Both the position numbers and the translations under genes were made by a program. Below, one piece after another: positions 50,901-63,698 of a stretch of 64,000 nt of DNA; position 1 is the stretch's first letter; every line of letters begins with the position of its first letter. Origin of the DNA: Ophelia neglecta (taxonomy: Eukaryota); the NCBI GenBank assembly GCA_965285935.1, contig OZ260661.1:82708001-82772000 (forward strand), read 5' to 3'. The notes under the pieces are model-generated. The model ran no database searches and had not been told where the DNA came from. It was given only the letters and a program-made list of their open reading frames with translations.

Positions 50901-53900
50901 AGGTGAAGTTTGGATTCAATATTATTATACTTTAAATCCATAGCATTAAAATGTGAATCTATTACAAGTAACCACACTATTGGCAGACAGCACCTTGTTT
51001 AATTTATAATTTTTGTTTACTTCGAAATTCACTTTCTTCAGCATGGTAATGTCACACTTTCCAGACTGTGCTTTATTTGTACTTGGCTGATTTAAATAAA
51101 ACACTCAACCAAATGTACTCTTGGTTTGTGCAACAATTGCCTGTCAAGTTTCTAAATCTAGAAATGTAAAATTTTTAATATTATAATTGATATTTTTCAG
51201 CTTCCGACAGCACTGTTAGTTGGGATGATCCTTCTGGTGAGTCTTTTTAATGGTCTGGTTTCTATAGTAACAATGACCTTAAGCCTTGCACACACAAATT
51301 CCCTTCGATCATGCTGATGTACACATTAATGTCTATCATTACATGGAATACACCTAGTATATTATTTTGTTCGCATTGGTTGGTGCTATGAGTACTTTTT
51401 ATCAGTATGTTACCACAGTATGTCCTTTCCAAAGCTGTGGTGGATGAATTGATAACGTTAATGATGTGCAATTACCGAATGGTGTGATTTTTTTGGTCGT
51501 GTTTCGTTGCTCAGTTTGTTCGGTTACACATTCAGGAAAATCAATAAAAAATACAGATATTATCATGGACCTGATCTACTAGGCTATCGTTACATCTACT
51601 GACATGAAACTATCTCATATGCTAGGCTGGTTTGTTAGCTGCTCAACATGATATAAAATGCCAAGACATTGCACATTAAGCCTAATTCCTAATTCAATAG
51701 ATAAGATGAAAATAAATTGAAAATGATGACTGGTTCTGTGAATATATGAGATTTATTTGATTATCTTGAGTTTTGAAATTTAATTGCAAATATCATACCT
51801 CATGTTCTCTAGTGTAAGGCTGTTTAGAGATTATTGATTTTAAGGATACTGTCTATGCAATGCTTATGGTAAAGGGTATCACTTCAAGTGTGGCCTAACC
51901 CTACCAACAATGATAATAAGATCCGAAATTATCAGCAGTGCCCTTATTGTTTTATTTCTCAATTAATTGTAAAATAGTATGTCCCTGTTTTTCATTTTTA
52001 TCTATGTACAAATTGTATGTTTTACCAATTATTCAGGGCCAGCAGACAATGCCCCAATTCCGACCAAACCAATCAACATGGCTTCTCGGAACACCACATC
52101 CAAAATGAAGGTGCCTCCAATCACCGCAAGGCAGGACAGCTATGATTACATTGAGACTCCCAGAGATGATGAGGATGATTTCAGGGATGATGTATGAAAA
52201 TAATTATCATTTCATAAATTTTATTAGCACTTGAAAGACCACAATTTAGTCTCTTTTCTGGAACATTTTATGGTGAATGGATGTGTACAACTAACACACA
52301 AATATGATTGTTGTTGTACATTTAGACACTGTTCTAGTAAATTAAGTAATATGGACAAGTTTTAATTAACATACACATGCATATATGTTCTATTACAATA
52401 TTTAGGTAACAGGTGTAGAATTTTGTTCTCAATTTCTTCAATCCTTGCAGGTGCCTGATGCATATTCTATCAACAAAATCCGAAACAGTGCCACAAAGAA
52501 GAAGGTGGACCGGATTTTCAGCGAGATGTCCAGAGAACGCCTGACCGATGAAATGGACAGTGGTATATACAGTAAACAGACATCAAGGGAAGACACAATG
52601 GACTACCCAGATTCTAGTACCAGCTCTCAAAAAAAGTAAGTCAAAATTGTACTAAACAATTCTTATTTAATGGCTACTAATTATTTACAGACTCTAAACT
52701 TTGTGTGAACAATTGCCAAACATTCGTGTTGTAAATTACAAAAAACTTTCTGATTTCAATTTATAATGCTCTAAATCGTAAAAGTAATAAATGTCAGATG
52801 GGTTTACATTTCAAAAGTTGGTATTTACTTGGGCAAAGTCAAGGTCAATGAGGTGAAAAAGAATTACAGAGCATCAGAACAACTAAAATCACTGCCAAAA
52901 TGGTGACCCATGCAGTTATTACAATGAAAAGTCAAAAAGGTCTCAATTTTGTACATATGCAATCAGTTTCATTCTTAAATACTGGGTTGATTATATGGCC
53001 AAGAGGTGTTCCTCACAGAAGGCTAGGCCAAGGTGTTGTTTATATGTGTTACAAATTAATGGTATCCTTTTTTTTCAGGACTGCATCTGATAATCCATTT
53101 GGCAAGAAGCCTAAGCGAGTGGCTAGAAGTCTTCCTGGACAGTCACCTAAGTCAGAAACTCCTCCGTCCAGCTCATCCTCGGAACGTGATCAGATTCAGT
53201 TTCAGCCTATTGGTGGGGTCAGTTTCAGAGAAAACAAGAATGCTGATGTGGCTGTGGTTGGTAAGGGATACTCAGATGATAGTCATGCCAACGAGCCCAT
53301 CAAAACTACGTACCCAAACCAAAGGGCAAAGGACAGGAAGAAACTGGGAAACAAAGGTATACTTGCTAATCATATTTATCTTATTTTCTAGAGTATATTT
53401 TTTAAGGTTTTACCTGATTTGGTTGTGATGTTGTCACTTGCATTAGAGTTTTCTGTGAAGTTGTTTGTTTCTATGATTAGACCTGAACTTTAACTTTGAT
53501 ACACTTGTAAAACATGATACTTATTTTATGTTTAATATTTTGCTTGGTTGTGATTGGAAGTGAGGGACTTTTCTCTTGTTTGTGGTGATTTTTATCTATT
53601 GAAGTTTCAACTTACATTATTACTTGCACAATTTTTATATTGTTTCACCTGTTATTTCAAATCCTGTTTAAATAATTTCTATCCATAGAGCACCGTTTAT
53701 GCCTACTATGAACTCACAGAATTGTTAGTGCTGTTCTGCATGGTTTTCTTTGTGTGGTCACCTGTCTGTTGCACTCTTTCCAGCAGCCCTTTCTCCTCTT
53801 GGCATTGCCAACACCTCCAGCCCTGGTCAGCTTGAGCTGGACGATGAAAAGCTCCCCGAGGGCCTGGTTGGCAGAGGTAAGTTTTGTGCAGCATGCCTTC

Positions 53901-56900
53901 ACTCTTTTTATTTCTAAGGTTAATAGCTATTACATTATCTATTTGGCTGCCAAGTGGCTGCCTGAATAATTTTTAAAAAATACCCTATAATGTGTTTCTT
54001 GGCCATCTTGGCCCTATATTGTTTTAAGCAAATACTCCACAATCATTTTATTTCATGATGTCATTTCTACTCATGCAATATGCAATAAACTGGTCATTTG
54101 TGGAACATTTAAATCCACTGCTGTAAAGTTGAAACTTATCTAAATGCTGCACCTGACTTTAGGTGACTAAAGGCCTGATTTAAATTAAAAGAATTAAATT
54201 CATAAAGCAGCTAGCTTGCATTTAGATAAACTAAGCATCATGTAAGCATGCAAAAAATGACAAAGAAATTTTGGCTACAAAAGTTTGTTTTGGCTTCCCA
54301 AAAATCAACTTTGTGACTGAGGGAAGCCTACTGATTTCATTTGCCATCCCTGCCACTAAACCTGGCAGAGCTAATCTCTTGAATTAAGGGATATTAATTT
54401 ATAAGGACTTCCCACCATTAAAACAGAAAAAAACTTTTTTCAAGTATGAAAGTGAATTGCCATGTTAAGTTAAGTTCTGGATCTTGCTAAACAGGATATT
54501 GTCTCGTAGCAGGCACTTTTAGGAGTTTGTAGTTTGGATTGGGTGGTAGAAAGGTTAATTTGTGGCTTACAATGTTCCATACATTGGAAAATCAAAGCAA
54601 AAAATTGTCTAACCTGTGAACCAATTCTTTAGATTTTGCAAGTAAATTAACACTGCAGCATTAAGCCATAACACTATCAATCTACAGCAACTACAAGTGA
54701 ACAACTATAAAAAATGTTGGTTTTTATAAATGGAACTCTGAAGCTTAGAATACAATACCACATTACTCTGATGAATTCTGCATTATACATGTACTACCAT
54801 GCAGTCATAATCTCACCCAATTACATGTAATGGCCAAGCTATACTAAATTGAAAGAAAAGGAGTAATTACTGTGGTGATCAGTTTATTCATGTAGTAAAA
54901 TGATCCATTCAGCTTATTGAAAGTGGCAGGCAGCCAATTTACAAGTGTGTCTTTTTGTGCCCACCTGGTGTGTAATGATGGTACTATAGACATATGAGGA
55001 CAATCATTCCTTCAGACCCTAGAAATCAAAAAGGAAGTCCTATCTAGCAGACAGTAATTTGGATTTGTCTACAGTACTTGGTAGTCAGTGTGACTTTCAA
55101 ACACCAGCACTGTCATCGAGTACTGCACATAATGATTTATCAGTTATGATTGTCTCCCAAAAATGGATGGCATAATTTACAATATTGATATATGATTTGG
55201 CTTGGAATGGGATCGGACAATGTTGAGCTGCTGTGTTTGAAATGACCGTCCATTTGTTCAATATACTGCAGTGTTCACATGTGTCGGAAGCTTGGAACTC
55301 ATCAATTCTGTATCAGGTATCAACATGAATATATGTATTGGAAGATTAATCAACATGTCCGTCTGCTCATAAATATTAAATAATCCTCTGAGGAATGCTG
55401 TTTTCCTATTCTCAATTGGGATATATTATTCCTGGACAGTTGTTACTAAATTTCCCATTGTTTCAAGTGTGAGTCTCATCAAGTCAATCTGTGCATTATT
55501 AATGACTCAAATATCATTGTATCGAGTAGTGCAATAACGAATTCTGACATTGCCAAAAGTTGCATTAAGATTTAAATTTCAAAATAACATACTATCGTTT
55601 TATTGTTGTCAGCATGAAAAGTAAGTCTGTTGGAACAGAAATATTGAAACGTTCCATACCTTTACTCTGCCAAAGTTATTTTTTTCTTTTACAAGTAGTT
55701 TTTTCTTGATTTATTCCCTTTCCTTACTACTAGTTTGTGGCTTTCTTTCAATATAAAGATTTACTTTACACCTGGAAAAGTACTAGGAAAATTACTCCAG
55801 GGCTGAAACCTTGCCAAAGAAATGTAACCAAAATATGTCAGTGAAATTTGACAAAGTGTAAATATTAAGATTAAGCAGAGAAGCCCATAAAGGTATAAGA
55901 TATACATCAACTAGAGTGTTAGAAATGTGTTCAACTATATGACTATCAACACTATAGATTTCAGTCTGCAAACTGGCACAACATTTAACAACTAAATATT
56001 GGATCAAGGGCAGCATGACTGGCAACCTGAGTTTCAATATTTGTTAAATAGAAATGAATATGCTTCAGACAGTGACAATGTAAATTCAAATATTTGGGAA
56101 ATGAAAGCATTAGTTTATTTATGTCACATTATATCAGTCAGGGCAACAATAAAAAACATGAGCCATCTTTTGTTGAATGACTTTGCTGATCGTATAAAAC
56201 ATTTAAGTAGGCGTAGAGTAGGATCTATTGTCACAAGAAACCTTTGATTTCTGTCATCAATCACCAATTTATCTGAGGCCAGCTCCAGGCGTTAAATGAA
56301 CCTAATTGTTTTTACCGATAAGTAAGGCAATTATCAAAAAGACAATGATATATTTTTCATATTCTGTTTGAACCGTTATTTGATTTTTTTCCATGTAAAC
56401 CTTCTGTTAAATGAAAAAAAACAGAAATATGACAGAAGTCATTGACTCTGAAGTATACATCATTGTATTGAAGGGCCAAGCTCACTCAATGTGTCCACTC
56501 TCACCAGTACAACAAGCCTCCAGTGCCCAATTTTAATATACCAGAAGGTTTAGTTACCTTTAAATTTTCCAAACAGACTTTAATGGCCAGTCCATCTGTG
56601 AGTGACTATGTGTCTGCCTTCATTTCTCCATAGTGACCAGTCTTCTGTAGTCTGAGAGTAGTATAAAAAACAAGGCTCTTGTATGTCTGATATATTGATC
56701 CCCTAACCAAAAATTAGCATAAATGTACCTTACCTAACACTTGTAGTTAAACCACCTAATATGTGACAGTGTAAACTCTAACTGTGTTTAGTCTGTGCTG
56801 ATAGTAAGTAAAATGACAATAAATACATCTTTATTCATTATTATTATAAATCTAGTCTGCAAATATGGTTGAAAAAAAATCAGTTCATCTTAAATGCCCG

Positions 56901-59900
56901 CCAACTTCCACTTCATCAAGTGTTTTGACCTATACGAACAGCCATACGGCTGTGGTAACCACAGGTACAATATTTGTGGATGTTTGTGTATTGTTCTGTG
57001 ATAAAAGTGTCCTATTATGGCCCAAGCTCACTTCATTGTGTTTGTCTAACTTAAGATGTGTTTGCTTTATGCCTCTGAAATAGTCCTGCATGGCTTGTGT
57101 TAACAGAGTTTTTTTTAAAAATAGACACAAAATGTCCACTTGCAATCATCTGTGACAGCAAATAAATATATCAAGAATGAATTCCAGGTAGGGCTCGGGA
57201 ACTCTCTGAAAACCAAATATCAGTCACCTCTAAACTTTGTTGAAAATCTTATTTGGGCACAACTTCTTGTGAGCAAGTTGTGTTGAAAACAATATATCAA
57301 ATGATTTAATATTATATTAGCTGCTCAGTGTTTAACATAGGGAAACTTTAATGCATTGTTCTAGTGTTTAATAATCTAATATTTAACTCTGTGGAATATG
57401 ATAATCTTGACATTTGATTACCTGAGGTTAATTAATATTTCTCTGCAATTTGGCTATGATATAATTCATACTCCCTTTTCTATGCTCGTACTAAATTGAT
57501 TTTCAGGTCATCCCTTCAGACATTTTTTAAGCACTCCTCGATATTTAAGTTGCTTGCCAAATTGACTCCATTTTTAGTCTGTTGATAAAGATGGATGAGT
57601 TGAGATTAAGATACTCTGCCTGCTTAAATAGACCTTGCCAAGCATTTATCTCATTTTATCGAGAGTTTAGACCGGGGCACCTAAGATGGCGTAGCTAGGA
57701 GTCTTCAGGTAGGATGAGAGTTAATGAAGAGGGTAAGGAGTTATACTTGTACCTGTGATCAGTTATAGATACACACAGGAAGTTAATGGAACACTCATAA
57801 GTTACATAAGGCACAGCCTGTCATTTACATATAGGTATCAAGAAAAATCTTTGTTTATTTCCAAACAAGTGTTGGAGCTGTACATATCTTAATATATGCA
57901 ACAGCTGGAATGAGAATTTACTCTATCTGTTTCTGTAGATAACGATTAACTGTTAATTTTCACAGGTATGTTTGATGCCTCGCCTGCCTCCAGTGATCAT
58001 TCTAGTTCAGGTCCTGGGCATTTACTACGGCCAGATCGTCGTACATCGCAGACTGAGGCCCCCAACCCCAGAAACCTACCTGGTGTCTTTGGAGTATCTG
58101 TTAAGAAGGATTCTTTTGACAAGACTGACGAGGAAGAAGAAGAAGATGTAAGTATAAAGACCAAGTTTTCTTTCCTCTAAACAAATTATTATTCCACTGG
58201 ATGTGATAAATATCTATAGTTGGATGGTCCCTGGAAAAAAAACATGAAGCTACTAGTGAAAAGTCTGGTAACTAGGTACAGTATTTTAAACTGTACAATG
58301 ATGAAATATGGAGTGATCACCAGGTCTCACATTAGCCAACTTCGGTTTGTGAACTCTTGGTACATACTCTTCTGGCTAACTGCCAAAACCTTCTGATTGA
58401 AGGTGGTAAATTTATGTGTGGTGTTGGTGGTAATATTCTGAAACAGTTCTTTCTGGCGAGTCTATACAATAAATGAATAATTAAACCCTGCCTCATTGAA
58501 ACTTATTTTTACTTCTACTATAAAATAAACTGTATTGCAATTGTCAATATCAAGTCTCAAACTCACCGTAGGTAATAAGGTGGTCATTCATCAAGCTAGT
58601 TTTATTAGTTGGTTTCTCTTTCGGAGGCTACGGGACAGACAGACATGAGTGATGAAGGGGCTGGCTTGCCACTTGCTTACACTCTTAAGGTGTAAATGCT
58701 AGAATGAAAAGCAAAGACATTTCAGACTCCAAGCCAAACTCTAACCCTGTATCACTTCAGACTCCTGACCCTTAACTCTAACCCTTACTCTGTCCTTGCA
58801 TCATTTCAGACCCTAACTCTAACCTTTACCTGTATCATTTCAGACCCTAACTCTAACCTTTACCTGTATCATTTCAGACCCTAACTCTAACCCTGTACTC
58901 TAACCCTAACCCCTAACTCTAGTCATGTATCATCACACCACTGACCTCTATATTATTTACTTTATTTAGAAATAGATACTGGAACTTGCTTTTCACTGAA
59001 ATATACTTCAATATCATAGCTCAAAGTGCCTAGTTGCTAGTGCTATGTACAGTAAAACCCTTTAATTTCACTGCCCTCAAATTAACGTTCTCATTTGGCA
59101 CAAATTATTTCACTGCCCTTTATTGTTGTGTTTTAGGGAGAGATCCACTACAAATACTCACCGGGCCTCCTCTTTACATGAGGCTTTTATTTTCAGGTTT
59201 TTGACCCTACTCGTGAAATTCTACGAATTGAGGGCTTGGCTAATGTTAGAGTTTTACGATAGTGTTTTTATTTAGTCAACTTTGCTGTTTTACAAGTGTA
59301 TATGGACCTGACTGTTGATGCTATGTTACCTGACTGTACAAGTGCCATTAACATGGAAATAACAAGTTTGGAAGAAACAGCATTTAAAATGTCAGTGGTT
59401 GAATCTTTCTGGATTCAAAATCAATAAAGGAAACTCTTGTTGATTGAAGTCTCCCGAGATGCCATGCTTGCCATATTTGAAGCCCACCAATTGGAATCAA
59501 GCCATCAAGAATTCTTGGCTTGATATACACACATAATGAATAAAACAATATGTGAATAATTTGCAACCAAGTTAGTGTTTATGTCTGTATCTAAAACACT
59601 GTGTCATGACCATGTATATGTACAAGCCCTTGTGGTGAAGCAATCAACAGGGAGTGCAGAAAACACTCCAACATGCCACATGATTGTTAGCCTGACACAG
59701 AGGGGGGACACAGGAAAGGTGTATAATTGTGCCCTGATATCAATATGGCTTTCAGTTGAAAGTGTATATGAAAACGTCTATAGCTGTAGTCCTTCTCTGA
59801 ATTGCCTGCAATAAACATGCATGTATAGTCTTCTCTAACTAATTGAGTTTATTGTTTCCGTTGGCCATTGTGATTAAATTGTTACTTGTTAAAAGCAATT

Positions 59901-62900
59901 AAACTTATAACCCAGTCCATGCATGACTTGTCTGCTTAGGAATAGAGAGACTAATGGGATAATAATCAAATTAACCGTGTCAGGGCTTGCCCCCTCCAAC
60001 CCCCCCCCCCCTCCCTCACACACATACTGTTGAGCTGCCTCCTCGGCAGTCAGCACTACTTCATTGCCCACTGCTCATGCTTCATGCGTTTACCGAGGTG
60101 GCGGCTCTGTGTTGATTTAGCTATAGGTGCATACTGTCCCAGTCAATGTTTATTGTATCCATTGAACTGCCACTGTCCACAAACGGTGACCCCTGCTCCA
60201 ATGGTGTACTGTCTCACACACTTATATTTGTGAATATGCATGGAAACATGTCGCCAACAAAAAAAGTGTTGTGTCTGCCACATAAACAGGACAAACTGGT
60301 GTAGTTTAAGGAATACTTGAACACTAATTCATGGCGAGACATTTTAACGTTTGATGAAGAAAGCATTCAACAGTTTCTGATGTTGATGATCATGACCATG
60401 AAGAGGTTGAACTGGGTTAATCGTGTGTCAGAAACGGAGATTTAGCGACACTGTGTCCACATTGTGGTGTTAGTATCCAGTCAGCTCATGGGGGCAGGCT
60501 GTACAAAATGTCAGGTAACCAGCATCATTTTGAATACTAGTACATCAAGTTTGTGTGTAGTTCAAGTACGTTTAGTTAGTTTAAACATATTTATTCTGGG
60601 TCCTAATAACCAACGCTAATCAAGAGGTTTAGTTCATTTAGGGCAAAGGTGGCAGCTAGGTTTGTCAGTGAATGGTGACACACGTGTACAATCATGTAAA
60701 TTATATGACCTTTATTCGTATCAGGGCATAAACATCCAGAGGAGAAATTTATGCTCTCAATATGTGCATATCTTATCAATAAGTTTATTAAGTTGGTGAA
60801 TTATGATGTAAAATATGAAGGCTTATTAAGAATAAGTTGGTGATGAATGTGCTTAATTTTTTTATGTGATGATTAAGAGTTTCTTGGTACCTTTAGTTTT
60901 ATGTAAAGGAGTCCATCCACTAGACAGAGACATATTTATTACCACCACAATGGTTGTAAATAGCCATGGTGTACAGATATCTTTGAGTATTGAGTGATAA
61001 ATACATTTATGAGCTGATAACTATTACTCTGACATGTATATTTGTACTATAATTTGTAAGTACTGTACTGTGTTTGTAGATTAAAAATAGTATAATCAGT
61101 ACCTTGAGAAATAGAAAATAATGTATTTATCAGAACACTGTGTGACTATGTAACTTCAGAAGTTAAGTTATTTTTTTCACCAAGATTTCTAGTCTTTTTA
61201 TATGCATAATTGTACTTAGGATTTAAGTCGTTATGATTGCTTTAATGGTAAAGTACTTTAACTAGACTAAGAGTGTGCAAGTCCATTATCTGTCATTAAA
61301 TTTGACACTCTACAAGCTGATCAAGAGAGTGAATTGAGCTTTTTTTTGATAAAAAGCTGGCTATACAAACCCTGTTTTATCAAGTCACAGATGGCTCGGT
61401 ACAGAGCTAGGAGGGTTGAATATTCTTCGTTCCTGGTATCTACCGGTATTTAAAAAATGATTATCAGTAGATATAAAACAAAACTTTCAGGTCATTTTGC
61501 TATCATATATCACCAGTGTCTTGGATAAATTTTTGATAGTGTATCAAGTCCTAGGACTGTGTCAGGTTGCGTATAAGCCAGGGTACACAAAGAGTTTATT
61601 TTCCCTTGCTGAATCCTAGCAATAGCATGACTTTTGTTTGTGATTTTGACAGTTACTAGCAACCACGCTATTTAGTAACTTGAATGAATTTAACCCTTTT
61701 CGTCATGGATATATGTATCTTATAGAAATTAATGATGATTTAGGTAGTTTCCAGCTGAAAAAGTGTTAAACTTAATTGTTTCTTAATTTATTGACCCCAT
61801 TTAAACTTAATTATGTAGCCCCTTCACTCATGTGCCACACTAAGAGTCTTATATGCAAAATACTGGACGTTCATCTTGTAAGAAAGATGATACAAATACT
61901 TGCATGTTCCTTTCAAAATGTACTCAATATTCAACATTTAATTTTAATTAATCAAGCTCCCCTGAAATTATATTTTTATATTTTAAATATATATATTCCA
62001 AATTATTCAAGTGCTTTGAGAAGGAAGGCCAATTTTTTTCTTATTAGTTTTGACCGATTCTTTACCAAACATTCGAAATTGATTTGCTTTGTAGTGAAAA
62101 GGTTAACAATAGTTTTTTTTTTAACCAGATCAGATAGATCTGATCAGAATGCATTCTCTCATGATTTGTATTGACATGTGGCAGCTGAGTGAGCTGAAGT
62201 GTCTTGATGTTATCTTGATCAGCTATCTCAAGTCTCTGGATGTGTTTAAAAGATTTATACTGCACAGTAGACCTATCATAAATTGTCTTGTACAGTATTG
62301 TACCCAAATTACTTATGATTAAGCTTAAATCAACTTTTTAAAGCATCTAAAATCATAATTATTATGCGTAATTATTTACACATTAATAGACATATTCCCT
62401 TAGAACTTCTGTACAAGTAGTATGGGGGAATGATGTAAAAAAAAGTGACAGAAGAAGCAGAAAGTGTTATCTTCTAATTAGGGACCTTGACATCCTTTTC
62501 AAGGTCAAATTGAGCAAACAGACTTCAATGTAATATTTTTGCTTAACAGTGCTAGATAGGCATATAAAATGTGATTAAACACAAAATAGGAAGTTATATT
62601 CAAGGAACCAGATGCAGCCTATGAATTTGACTTTGCCCTCTTTTCAAGGTCAAATTAAGAAAATAGATTCTTCAACACAAAACACTTGCTTCACCTTGCT
62701 AGATAAGAACACAAAATGCATTGACCACAAATAAAAAGTCCCTGTTTAAAGACTAAAGATGACATTCAAATTGATCTTTAATTCTTTTTTTTTTCATGTT
62801 ATTAGGCAGAATATTTATCCATTCATTTCAGATATTCATTCATTCATTCAAGATAATATTGCGCAGAATGCCTACTTCGCACATGCATAGATATTGCATG

Positions 62901-63698
62901 AGGGAAAAATCTTTTTGCACCTAACATTTTTAATTAAAATTATGTTTTTCCTCCTTTCACATGTCGTTGTTTCTGTGAGACACATATCAGGGTTACCCTG
63001 TCTAGTTTTGTCTCGGTGAAACTTGTCAGACCTAGACATACCAGTAAGTCAATTAAGTCAATATGGCTTCGAGTGTGATGGGCATAATATGTATTGTAAG
63101 ATATTTGAATCAGCGATTTTGTGTTCAAAGAGCGTGTAAATAAAATATAAGTGAATATAAAGTTGGATTTATTGATGAATGTCACTTGTTCTAGTCACCA
63201 TTCCCGTTGGATAGGATAACCACACAGCTGTGAATGATAAACCTGCTAACCCAGTATTATTTTAAGCAGCAACAACAGACTGGCATCCCAGGAAGTCATG
63301 GAAAGAAGATTATAAATTTAGATGGATATACATGCAAATGAATGCTTACGCTTATGATTTTTTTGTAATGCTAATTTTCTTTCTACCATAAGGTCATTAT
63401 GTATGTGCATGCATGAATGTAAACACCTAGAGACAAATAAGTGTTGCTTGACAATCAGTTGTGTTGTTTATATTACAGAATGCAAGCATATCAATGTCCC
63501 GTGCTACCCGGGAACAAATGCAGAAGAAAATACAGGCAAAGAAAGAAGAAGAAGCAAAAAAACGAGAAGATGAAAGAAGAGATAGGGAACGAAGAGAAAA
63601 GGAAGCAGAAAGACAGAGACAGGAAAGGATAAAAGAAGAGAAAGAGCGCCAACAGGAGAAACTAAGACAGCTGAGTACAGCTGACAATGGACTAGATA
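38930..63698 (+). CDS. TOGARAM1: TOG array regulator of axonemal microtubules (TOGARAM1/FAM179B/crescerin), 5' part; the gene continues beyond the window
   Basis: Exon 38930-40840 encodes two HEAT/TOG domains (LNDSNWDVRHQCIQL; FEFGVVP-like LEFGVVP, RAQGVEELK, LLDDSNFKI, SRVRQETLN, RQVRQASLECF, AVQSRLARRQLP). Further in-phase exons: 45682-45745, 48851-48928, 50651(or 50678)-50746, 51201-51236, 52037-52191, 52451-52635 (IRNSATKKK), 53079-53356, 53784-53876 (LVGRG), 57966-58147, 63479-63698 (ISMSRATREQMQKK). Confidence 0.88.
41440..43596 (+). CDS. TOGARAM1: Giant in-frame exon of TOGARAM1 (719 codons, Ser/Pro/Thr/Lys-rich, probably disordered); cassette or alternative terminal exon (stop at 43621-43623)
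   Basis: Strong acceptor cttcctgcctctcctctag| at 41439 in phase 0 with exon 1; open for over 2.1 kb; donor GTG|GTAAGC at 43596 (phase 0); AATAAA at 43681. Confidence 0.65.
44690..45010 (+). mobile_element. Degraded LINE RT fragment
   Basis: AGAPQGDF...VLFLLFIF resembles the RT motif SGVPQGSxLGPxLFLxFIND. Confidence 0.4.
45989..46228. mobile_element. piggyBac-type MITE (240 bp)
   Basis: TTAA at 45985-45988 and 46229-46232; imperfect TIRs ccctttcacagcca / tggtagtgaaaagg. A similar right end (gtagtgaaaaggttaa) occurs at 62091-62106. Confidence 0.6.
47313..48850. repeat. 34-bp minisatellite, ~45 copies, consensus atttcattcatgacaatggtgttacaagccttgt
   Basis: Head-to-tail units without spacers (period 34, e.g. 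47821 to 47855); diverged at the 5' end; ends at the acceptor of exon 48851. Confidence 0.97.
58716..58930. repeat. Short tandem array (34-bp unit tcatttcagaccctaactctaacctttacctgta) with CCCTAA/CTCTAA telomere-like hexamers
   Basis: Two exact units from 58801, a partial third, and degenerate flanking units ending in taaccctaacccctaactct. Confidence 0.75.
59050..59259. mobile_element. Degenerate TA-flanked Tc1/mariner-type MITE
   Basis: ta|cagtaaaacc...gccctcaaatt versus aattgagggc...gagttttacga|ta. Confidence 0.45.
60488..60514 (+). CDS. TOGARAM1: Candidate alternative first coding exon of TOGARAM1 (MGAGCTKCQ)
   Basis: ATG at 60488 with an in-frame upstream stop at 60443-60445; donor CAG|GTAACC at 60514 in phase 0, matching the phase-0 acceptor at 63478; peptide fits MGxxx[S/T]K. 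Confidence 0.5.
62480..62780. repeat. Remnant of a gaccttga/tcaaggtcaa repeat family; similar motifs at ~11030-11100 and ~52835-52850
   Basis: Two ~145-bp diverged units, each with gac(c/t)ttg...cttttcaaggtcaaatt and gctagata. Confidence 0.45.

Noticed and set aside
58735-58920. Interstitial telomere or chromosome fusion site
   Set aside because: Only scattered CCCTAA/CTCTAA hexamers within a longer unit; no pure or head-to-head TTAGGG array.
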